Virus record (IMG/VR): IMGVR_UViG_2671180292_000001
Span: 32,001 to 96,000 of that record
Strand: one strand, 5' to 3'
DNA: 64,000 nucleotides
Source: a virus
Lineage: Duplodnaviria > Caudoviricetes
Part shown: piece after piece, positions 8,594 through 17,100 of the stretch
Layout of the letters: every line of letters begins with the position of its first letter
Position numbering within the stretch: position 1 is the first letter of the stretch
The notes under the pieces: model-generated
What the model saw: only the letters and a program-made list of their open reading frames with translations
What the model was told of the DNA's origin: nothing
Database searches by the model: none
Position numbers and translations under genes: made by a program

Positions 8594-9316
8594 TCAGCCG
8601 TGGAGTTCCACGATTACGAGTCCATGGCCGCCCTCGGCGCCGGGAACCGAGGTACCCGTGCTGAGCGCCCCGCCAGCGCCTCCGCCCCGGCCACGCGGCG
8701 CACTTCCCGGGCCTTCGCCACCGCGTTGGAAACCGCCATGCCCGAGGCGGCTTTCGCCTCCGACGCCGGACATGCCTTGGGTGGCGGACAGACGGATCGC
8801 GCCCCCGCCCGCGCCGCCACCTCCGGAGTTGCCATTGCCGGTGCCGACCAAAGGTCCGGGAATGCCCGTCGAGGTGGAGAAGGCGGTGCCTGTGGTCATG
8901 TTGGCAGTCCCGCCGTCACCGCCGAATGCGACCGCGAATCCGCCGAACGATGAGGTGCCGCCGTTGCCGCCGGGGTTGTTCCCACCACCAGCCGCGCCGC
9001 CCGCGCCGACCACGACGCTCTCTGTCGCGCCGAGGGAGGCCACCTCGATGAGCGCCTCCGAGTAGCCTCCGCCAGCGCCGCCTGGCCGGGCGATGAGTTC
9101 GCCGGCGGCGGCGTTCGCGCCGCCGCTGCCTCCGCCCGCGCCCTGCACCTTCACGTAAACACGAGCCAGCCACGGGTAGTCGGCTTTCCGGAATTGGTGG
9201 ACACCCGGCGTGGAGTAGATGAGCACCTGGCGCAGGCCGAGACTCCCCGGGATTACGCATAGCTCACCGGACGGGGTGACGGTGAGGCGGTCGTCACAGA
9301 CGCAGACCCTGGCCAC
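8594..9316 (-). CDS. Glycine-rich minor tail protein
   Basis: VKVQGAGGGSGG, GGAGGGY, GLVIVE motifs typical of Gly-rich tail domains. Confidence 0.75.
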   Translation of the reverse strand: MARVCVCDDRLTVTPSGELCVIPGSLGLRQVLIYSTPGVHQFRKADYPWLARVYVKVQGAGGGSGGANAAAGELIARPGGAGGGYSEALIEVASLGATESVVVGAGGAAGGGNNPGGNGGTSSFGGFAVAFGGDGGTANMTTGTAFSTSTGIPGPLVGTGNGNSGGGGAGGGAIRLSATQGMSGVGGESRLGHGGFQRGGEGPGSAPRGRGGGAGGALSTGTSVPGAEGGHGLVIVELHG

Positions 9317-9318
9317 GG

Positions 9319-9630
9319 CTACTCCCCTCCACCCGCGAGAGCGTTGAGCAGGTCGGCCAGGCCAGGCAGCTCGACATCGTTGGGGACGCCGAGGATCTGC
9401 CGGGCGGTCGCCTCATCCATGCCAAGCCGCATCAACTGCGCCACCGACGTGGTGAACCGCTCCCGCTCGGCGTCGAGGAGCTGCTGTCGATGCGCCGCAG
9501 TCTTCGCTTCGATGCTGTTCAGGACGCTCTCGTAGGCCTCGCGAGTGATTTCCACCGCGCCGGGAGGTGGGGGGATCTCCCGCTTGGAGACCGACCCGTC
9601 TTCGTACTGGTAGTAGAGGATCTTGTCCAC
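9319..9630 (-). CDS. Small tail-associated protein (possible fibre chaperone)
   Basis: AGGAG RBS + GTG 9630; PPGAVEITREAY motif; between tail genes. Confidence 0.6.
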   Translation of the reverse strand: MDKILYYQYEDGSVSKREIPPPPGAVEITREAYESVLNSIEAKTAAHRQQLLDAERERFTTSVAQLMRLGMDEATARQILGVPNDVELPGLADLLNALAGGGE

Positions 9631-9638
9631 AGGGCTCC

Positions 9639-10628
9639 TTAGAGGACGAACACGAATGCGCGCATGAACGACTGGATCCTGCTGTAGGTGGCCCCGCCGG
9701 AGCCGCGGCCCATTGTCACGTCGAGCGGCTCGTTCAGCGTGGCTCCCGGGGCGATCACCCGGTTGTAGACCTTCGTCGTCTGGCAGTGGACATTCGTCGC
9801 CGCGCTGCTGCCTCGGTTGGCGGTGTACACCATGCTGTCGGTGCTGATGCCGTACTCCGCCCCCGAGCTCGCGGGCAGGTCGAAAGCTACATCGACTTCG
9901 ACTTCGCAGACGACGAACGCCTCCCTGCACGGGTCGGGGTTGGTGATCGAAAGATGGCGTGTGGTGACGACGTTGTCGCTCCCGGTAGGTACGGCGGTGG
10001 CGGGGTAGGACTGGTTGACCGAGTCCTGCACATACGTCGCTCGACCCCTCGGCTCGGACCGGAGAGTGCCAGTCGAGTCGCAAAAAACACGGCCCGCGTT
10101 CGCGTCGACCGGGCACGAGTACGGCCACGGCGTGACCTTGGCCGCCAGCGGTGAGGCCGCCGCTCCCGTGCCGGTCAGGCCGCACGCGCCGACGGTGAGC
10201 GCCGCCCGGAGCCCAGTCGCAGTGCACGCGAGGAGCTGGCCTGGGTTGGGGTCGATGATCGGCGCCGCCGACAGAGGGGCTCCAGTGGTGCCCTGCCCGG
10301 ACAGGTCGATACACGGCGTGTCCTGGGTGGAGACGAACGTCAACCCACCCGAACCGCCACCGCCAGCGGCGTAGATCCCACCGTCCACCCCGATCGCCGC
10401 AGCGTTCCCAGCCGCCGTCGAGATCTTCACCCGGAACTGGTTCGCAGCGTCGTCGTACTCCAGACCCGGCCCGACAGCGGCACCGACGCAGTCTTGGATG
10501 ATCTCGCAATCGCTGGCGGCGCTCGCGCTGATGACGTACGGATTGGACGCGGAGCCGTTCCCACTAATAGTCACGCCAGGGCCAGGCGCTAACGAACAAG
10601 CGCATGATCCACTGCATCCGCAACGCAA
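9639..10628 (-). CDS. Cys-rich minor tail protein
   Basis: AGGAGG RBS + TTG 10628; shares CxCxxxxGPGVT.xG.G....PYVISA and GxDGG repeats with 6808-8508. Confidence 0.7.
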   Translation of the reverse strand: MRCGCSGSCACSLAPGPGVTISGNGSASNPYVISASAASDCEIIQDCVGAAVGPGLEYDDAANQFRVKISTAAGNAAAIGVDGGIYAAGGGGSGGLTFVSTQDTPCIDLSGQGTTGAPLSAAPIIDPNPGQLLACTATGLRAALTVGACGLTGTGAAASPLAAKVTPWPYSCPVDANAGRVFCDSTGTLRSEPRGRATYVQDSVNQSYPATAVPTGSDNVVTTRHLSITNPDPCREAFVVCEVEVDVAFDLPASSGAEYGISTDSMVYTANRGSSAATNVHCQTTKVYNRVIAPGATLNEPLDVTMGRGSGGATYSRIQSFMRAFVFVL

Positions 10629-10629
10629 A

Positions 10630-11511
10630 TTAAACCTCCTGTCCTTGTATAATTGTTAAATGACTCGGAGACTTACTCAAGAGGAGATCGACTCTCGTCC
10701 CCCACGTCTCTGCGCCTGCGGCGGCATAGCCCTGAACCGGACCGGAACCCCGCGATGCAGTGCTTGCAAGGAGGCATCGAAACAGGCTTCGCGAACGCGC
10801 TACAGGGACATCCGGCGCGCCAAACGGCCGCCTCGCATCTGCCCCCGATGCGATAAGGAAATCCCCTTCAACCCCGACCGTCCTCTCGCCGCCATTCACG
10901 AGGAGTGTCGCGTCCTTCCAACCAAGTCGAAGGCAGCCAAGAAGCGAGAACGCAAGTGCTGGAAATGCGGCACCAGCGAAGTTATCCACAAGATAGGCAG
11001 GCCGGTCTGCGCCGGTTGCTACGCGCTTGGAACGACCAAGCTGCGCAACTGCGTCGATTGCGATAAGCAATTCAAGACGCGTAACAACTCGACTCGCTGC
11101 AGCCAGTGCAGTTACCGGCGACGCAAGAAGCTGGCCGACCGCAAATGCTCTCGATGTGACACGCTGATCGACTATCGGTCCAGGAACTGCCCGAAGTGCC
11201 CCGCCAAATCTGTCCCTACGGCTCCGATCGGGCACCGGCGGAAAATGCGCTACGGCTACATCGAGATCAAGACCGAAAAAGGATGGCTGCGCGAGCACGT
11301 CCACGTCATGGAGGAGCACATTGGTCGTCGCCTGTTGCCGGGCGAGTCGGTACACCACAAGAACGGGATCAGAGATGACAACCGCATCGAGAACCTCGAA
11401 CTCTGGACCCGAGCCCAGCCCGCCGGTCAGCGCGTGACCGACATGCTCTCCTGGGCGTGGGAAATCATCGACCGGTATGGCGACATGCCGCTGTGACTCG
11501 CCGTGCTCCAT
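10630..11511 (-). other. Putative translated bridging ORF antisense to HNH, from host RBS/ATG to 1 nt before the tail-gene restart
   Basis: GGGAGG-N7-ATG at 11511; frame open to TAA 10632-10630; TTG at 10628. Confidence 0.4.
10660..11496 (+). CDS. HNH endonuclease with multiple CxxC fingers, antisense to the late operon
   Basis: [12 protein letters not shown]...[19 protein letters not shown]; TATAAT 10648-10653 six nt before ATG (leaderless). Confidence 0.9.
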   Translation: MTRRLTQEEIDSRPPRLCACGGIALNRTGTPRCSACKEASKQASRTRYRDIRRAKRPPRICPRCDKEIPFNPDRPLAAIHEECRVLPTKSKAAKKRERKCWKCGTSEVIHKIGRPVCAGCYALGTTKLRNCVDCDKQFKTRNNSTRCSQCSYRRRKKLADRKCSRCDTLIDYRSRNCPKCPAKSVPTAPIGHRRKMRYGYIEIKTEKGWLREHVHVMEEHIGRRLLPGESVHHKNGIRDDNRIENLELWTRAQPAGQRVTDMLSWAWEIIDRYGDMPL

Positions 11512-11542
11512 GGCCGGGCCTCCCAGCGGATCCCAAGGGGTC

Positions 11543-11580
11543 GCCCGGCCCACAGCACTGCGGCGTCAAGGTCAAGCGTA
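11543..11580 (-). promoter_or_regulatory. Late-gene leader motif with upstream -10 (TACGCT)
   Basis: Minus strand TACGCT..GCCGCAGTGCTGTGGGCCGGGC. Confidence 0.5.
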
Positions 11581-11593
11581 CGGCTTGGCCGCG

Positions 11594-11794
11594 CTAAGGG
11601 CTGGCGACTACCGCGGCCCGGCCGGTGGTGGTGTTCGTTGCGACGAGCTGCCCGTCCTGGTCGACTGCCAGCAGGTAGGCGTTCGGTGGCACGCCGACCA
11701 CCACCGACGTGCGGTGCTCCAGCACGCGGATCCGGTCGTCCAGGTCCCGCAGCAGTTCCTCTGGCGTGCGTGCCCGGCGTGGTCTCCTCGCCAC
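11594..11794 (-). CDS. Small minor tail protein
   Basis: GGGAGGGG RBS; LRDLDDRIRVLE coil typical after tail hub genes. Confidence 0.7.
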   Translation of the reverse strand: MARRPRRARTPEELLRDLDDRIRVLEHRTSVVVGVPPNAYLLAVDQDGQLVATNTTTGRAAVVASP

Positions 11795-11807
11795 CGTGTC
11801 CCCTCCC

Positions 11808-12845
11808 CTAGATGTAGGCGGTGTCGATCCCGACTGGTGCCAGGGTGACGCCGACCCGCTCCCCGTTCTCGTCGAACGTCACGTTCACCCGCAGCAACCT
11901 GAGGTCGGTCGCGACGGTGCGGCAGGTCCGCTCACTCGCGACCGGGACGACCACACCGGGGACAAGGTCGTTGATCCCGACCGGGGCTTCTGGGGAGAGC
12001 TGCGTCCCGTCGGGCACCTCCACATATAACGGCGACGGGCTCCCGGCGGCGACGATCGCCTCCGCCTCGGCCTGGGCGGACCGTTCGTCGAGGATCTCCT
12101 CCTCCGTCACCAGGACCTCGAGCAGTCCGCACGGGCCGGTCCCGCCTGCTTGGCCGCGCACGCCCTTCCCAAGCACCACCGCATCGGTCACAGCGGCGAG
12201 GCCATCCTCAATCACGGTGATCGGCCCGGCGAAATCCTCATCGGTCAGCGTCGAAAGCCGGGCGAGTGGCGTCTCCCCCGTGATGAGGATCCGCCGGCCG
12301 AGAGCGGTCCAGTCGACGCCAGTGCGGGCGAGCTCGCGCAGCGCGTCGAGGACGTAGCCGGAGTCGGCGGCGTACTGGCGTGCGCCCACGATGCCTGTGG
12401 GGGTGACCAGCAGGTGCTCGAGGACGCCTGGGTCGTCCCGGGAGTAGCCGTGCCGGACGAGGGCCTCGGCGATGTGGGCGAGGTCGGCCTCAGCAGAGCC
12501 GGTGAAGTCCAGCAGGCTCGCGATCCGTCTGCGGTAGAGCCACTGGGAGACGTCGCGGGCGTTGATGGTGGTGGCGTCGTCGGTGTACTCCATCCGGACG
12601 ATCGGGCCGTCCCACACCAGGTTCCCGTCCCGGAAGATGTTGATGTTGTTGCACCACGACCGGGTGTTGCCGAGGAGCTCGCAGCAGTCCGGGCCGCTGT
12701 ACGGCACTGTGATCTGCGCCTCCGAGGTGTCGTCGAGCAGCCTGCCCCACTGCCCGGTCGAGGGTTCGACGGTGCCGTAGGCCGCCCGGCCTTCCCGGTC
12801 GCGGATCTCGACCACGTATTCGTCGGCGCACCCGAGCGGTCCCAC
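11808..12845 (-). CDS. Minor tail protein (ReqiPepy6 gp37-like / Tal position)
   Basis: WGRLLDDTSEAQI, IFRDGNLVWDGPI, INDLVPG motifs; second gene after TMP. Confidence 0.75.
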   Translation of the reverse strand: MGPLGCADEYVVEIRDREGRAAYGTVEPSTGQWGRLLDDTSEAQITVPYSGPDCCELLGNTRSWCNNINIFRDGNLVWDGPIVRMEYTDDATTINARDVSQWLYRRRIASLLDFTGSAEADLAHIAEALVRHGYSRDDPGVLEHLLVTPTGIVGARQYAADSGYVLDALRELARTGVDWTALGRRILITGETPLARLSTLTDEDFAGPITVIEDGLAAVTDAVVLGKGVRGQAGGTGPCGLLEVLVTEEEILDERSAQAEAEAIVAAGSPSPLYVEVPDGTQLSPEAPVGINDLVPGVVVPVASERTCRTVATDLRLLRVNVTFDENGERVGVTLAPVGIDTAYI

Positions 12846-12860
12846 GCTCGTCTCCTCTCA

Positions 12861-14186
12861 TCAGGTTTCGCGTACGACCGTGCGGAGCGTCACCGACGCG
12901 TCCTCAGCGATCAGGTCGGAGTCGGCGGACACACACACCGTGTAGGGGATGCCGCATTCCAGCACTGGCCAGGAGAACGGCCTGCCGTCCGGCCCGGAGA
13001 CGATCCCCGCCGCTGGTGTCTCAGCCCGGCCGGGGCATTGCACGTAGGCGGTGCGGCGGGTCCCGTCGAGCACCAGGTGCGCGTACTCCGGCAGATAGGA
13101 GATGTTGATCTCCGAGCACCACGAACAGGGATCCAACTCCGACGCAGGAACATTCCCAGGGTTCGGGTAGAACCGCGCCCTCACGCTCCGCAGCACCCCG
13201 CTCCCCGCATACAGCTCCAGTACAGGCACCATGTCCGCCCAGATCGGCGCCGTTGCCGGCGACACCGTGACACAGACTTCGCGGCGTTCCCACGGCTCGC
13301 ACTGGCAGTCATTCCTCGGCAGCGGCAGGTCCGGCACCACGGGGGGCGGGCAGTTGGGGTCCAGCGGGCAGGGCTGCGGTGCCTGAGCAGCGCATTCGCC
13401 GTACTCGTCCATGCACCCCGGGTCCGTCACCCATTCGACGCAGTCGTCGCCGCCGCTCGGGGGTGGCCAGGTGACCGCTTCAGCGATCGTGACCGGAGCC
13501 CTGAGCGCGTGCGGCCTGCCCGCGAGGAGGGTGAACTGGATCTGCAGGCCGGTGGCGGGGCAGCATCCGCAGCCGCCGCCGAACCGGCCGATGATGGTCG
13601 GGGCCTCGATCAGGGAGACGTCCTTGAGGGTGCGGAACACGCCCTGGGCGCATGTCTGCGCCGTGCACGGGCCGGGGCAGCACTCGGTGCTGCCGGTGGT
13701 GGTTGGGCAGCAGGTCATGTACTGCAAGTCGTCCCCGCCGCACGAACCGGAGCCGCAACCGAGCGACCCTTGCAACACCGATGACAGCCAGCGCAGGCCA
13801 TAGTCCACGCTGCACGAGGTCCGCCCGAGCAGAGCGCCGGTGACGACGATCGTCCGAGGCCCGTACCGGCGACGGCCGATCACCACCCCATCGCCGGTCC
13901 GCGGGGTCACCGCCCGTTCGACGGGGGCCGAGTCCAACCCGTCGATGTCCGTGATCAGCAGCCCGGCGAAATCCACGCTGTCGGGCTCTGCAGGATCTAC
14001 CCACGGCGCTTCATCCGGCCCCGGCAGCGTGTACGGCTCATCGCCGAGCATTCCGGCGAGGTCACCACAGCAGCAGTCCCCCACCTGCGTGGTGTGCGGT
14101 CGTAGTCCCGCCCGCGCGTAGGTGATCGTCCGGCAGGCGTTGGACACCTCCACGCCCCCCACACACAACCAGGACCGATCAGCCAC
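12861..14186 (-). CDS. Distal tail (Dit-like) minor tail protein, Cys-rich
   Basis: First gene after TMP; APWVDP..PDS.DFAG and GLRWL motifs. Confidence 0.75.
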   Translation of the reverse strand: MADRSWLCVGGVEVSNACRTITYARAGLRPHTTQVGDCCCGDLAGMLGDEPYTLPGPDEAPWVDPAEPDSVDFAGLLITDIDGLDSAPVERAVTPRTGDGVVIGRRRYGPRTIVVTGALLGRTSCSVDYGLRWLSSVLQGSLGCGSGSCGGDDLQYMTCCPTTTGSTECCPGPCTAQTCAQGVFRTLKDVSLIEAPTIIGRFGGGCGCCPATGLQIQFTLLAGRPHALRAPVTIAEAVTWPPPSGGDDCVEWVTDPGCMDEYGECAAQAPQPCPLDPNCPPPVVPDLPLPRNDCQCEPWERREVCVTVSPATAPIWADMVPVLELYAGSGVLRSVRARFYPNPGNVPASELDPCSWCSEINISYLPEYAHLVLDGTRRTAYVQCPGRAETPAAGIVSGPDGRPFSWPVLECGIPYTVCVSADSDLIAEDASVTLRTVVRET

Positions 14187-14198
14187 CTCTCCCCCCTC

Positions 14199-17100
14199 CT
14201 AGCGCACGGCGGCCAGTAGCCGCGTCTCGATCTGGTGGGCCACAGTGCGCGGGTCGTACGCCTGGTTGATCGTGAACTGGTTGTTGTGGTGGTGGACCTC
14301 ACGCGGCCCCGTCGGACGGGCGTACGCGGGCGCCCCTGCTGTGGCGGCTCTGGGCGGGGTCATGCGCGCCGCTGTCGCCAGTGCGGGCTGCACAGCAGTG
14401 GCAACGGCTGATCGCGCCCGAGCGGCCAGCTTGCGGATGCCGAGGATGTAACCCGCCATCGTGTTCATGCCGTCCCGTTCGAGAACCCGCGACGGCGACT
14501 TGATTTTCAGGGTTTTCTTGACGGTCTGAGAGACCGACTTCGCGATCTCCGTCATCAGTTTGATGATCTCTTTTTCCTCGGCCTTCAGCCCGGCCAGGAA
14601 GCCCTTACCTGCGGCGCGGCCCGCATCGAACAGCAGATCCGCGCTCTGCGTACCGAGGCTCTTGGTGGCCTTGTCGATCTGCCGCTGCAGCGAACTGATC
14701 TGGTTCAGCTCACCCTGCGAGGCGGTTGCCAGCATCCGCGCCAGGCTGCCGCCCTCGTCTACCCCGGCCTCCACGATCTGGCGGAGGGCGCCCTTGTCCA
14801 AGCCTTTCCGGGCGAGGGTTTCGATGTTCCGCTGGAAATCCTGGATGGCCCTGAGACGCTGGCGGAGGGTGTCGGCGATCGTGCGGGCGCTGGCCTGCTG
14901 CGCATCGTCGAAACGGGCCAGGTTGGCGAAGTCCCTAGCTCGGCTGGTGACGTCGGCGGCGAGCTGGGTCGCCTCCTCGATCTGCGCTCTGAGCTTGTCA
15001 CGCCGTTTAGCCAGGTCCGACAGCTTCTTGTTCTGCTTGTCGAGGCGGGCGACAAGCCGGTCATCCACGGTGGTGCGGATCCCCCGGAACGCCGCCGTGA
15101 TCCGCTTCTCAAGGGACCGGAACGCGGTGTTGATCTGCGACGCGCTACCCGTGGAGATCGTCTTGACGAAGTCGCGCCCGACTGACTCCCCGATCGCGAG
15201 CAGTTTCTTCTCCAGCGACTTGCGGATCCGCTCCACCTCAGCGGCGATCGCCTTCGCCGAACCGCGCAGCCCTCGGCGAATGTCCGCGCCGAGCAGTGCG
15301 CCGATGTCGACCATCGGCGCGCGGGTGACCTTCCCACTGATCTTTCCGCCCGTGGCGTACCCAGGGACACGACCCCTGACCTGCCCGCCCGACGCGAACC
15401 TGTCGGCGTTGATGGCCTGCAGCAACGGCAGATACTTGCGGGTGCTCTTCGCATTCACGATGAACTCGAAGTTGGACAGCCACGCCAGCCCACGCCGGCC
15501 CTTGTCGATCAACGCCAAGATGCTGTCCGACGTTCCGGTGCCCGGCCCTCGCAGCACCCCACCGCCACGCGGCTGCCGTACAGGACCGCCGCCAGCGCGG
15601 CGGATCACCCCGCTCGACAGCAGCCCGCCCGTGGCACCGGCGGTGCCGGGTGCGCGGATCGCTACCGGGATGGATGGACGCTGCTGCCCGATAAGCGCGA
15701 GGAAGCTGGCGAGCGCGCCCCGGGCGGGGGCGGTGTTCGCCGTGATGTCGATGCTCTTCGATTTGGGCAGGTTGTTGATCTGTGCGCCGAGTGAGCGGAC
15801 CTTCCCCGCAGCCGTGGCGGCTTTCCCGCCAGCCCCCTGGGCGGTCTGCGCGAGCGACCCGACATTGGCCGCCGCGGTGCTCGCTGTCCCGGACAGATGG
15901 CCAGCCTGCGCGGCGGCCTCGGACATCCCAGCGGCAGCAGACAACCCGCCCCTTCCGATGCGGCTGCTCTCCGCCGCGAGGAGCGCCGCCCGTGTCGCGG
16001 CTTCGCCCGCTTTCCCGGTCAGTCCTGCCGCCTGCTGCGCGGCAGCAGACAAACCTCCGGCGGCGGTCAGGCCGTTGCGCCCGGCACGGTCGGTCTGGGT
16101 CGCCAGGCCGCCCACGGGGCCTGCTGCCGTACTCGCCGACCCCGCGAGGTTGCCAGCCTGCGCGGCGGCCTCCGACAGGCCCAGAGCCGCATTCTTGCCT
16201 TTCTTGCCGGCCTTATCCGCCTCGATCGCCAGAGTGCCGACGTTCCCCGCTGCGCCTCCCGCGCTCGCGCCGAGCAAACCGGCCTGCGCGCCCGCCTCGG
16301 CCAGACCTCCAGCCACGTCCAACCCGGCCAGCTTCTCGACGGCATCTTTCGCGCCGCGTACACCCCCGGCAGCCTCCTCGGCCTTGACCCCCAGCCGCCC
16401 GAACGTCTCTTCAAGGGCCGCGAGAAGCTCAGGCCCCTCCCGAGTTTTGCGGAGGGCTTTTTCCAGCTCGACCCGGTTGTCCTTGTATGCCTTCTCGCTG
16501 CGGCGGGTCGACTCTGTGGCGGCGAACTCCGCCTCGGTGTACGTCAGGAGTGACCGTGCGTATTCGGTGGCTTTCTCCTGCCGCTGGTCGGCTGTCAGGT
16601 TGGTTTTCCGTAGGGCCTTCTCCAGGTCCGTCTCCGCTTTCCGCATCCGGACACCAGCGTCAGCGAACTGGACGGCAGGGTTGGCGAGGCGGTTCAAGGC
16701 CCCGTTGAGGGCATCGACCCGGTCGGCGGCGCCGAGCGCGGTGTTGCCCATCGTCTCGAACAGCTCGTCGAGGACCTCCGTCGAGGACTTGGCGACGTTG
16801 GCGGCGTCGCGGTATTGGCCGATCTTGTCGGCTGCGGAGGCGATCAGGCTTCCCGACTCGACCACGCCGCGCGACAGGTCAACCCCGGCGGCGTTCGCAA
16901 GTTGGATCGCCGCCTTCTGGGTGATGCCGTACTCCCGCGCCAGAAGTTTCGCGGCTTCGGTGACGTTGCGGAACTTTCGGTCGTTTTCCTCGATTTTCTG
17001 CCCGGCGGCGCGGTAGGTGGAGTCGAGGTTCTGGTTCGCCTGCGCGGCCTGCAGCATGGCGACGTTGTTCGCGTTCACCGACTGGTTCAGCTGGCCAAGA

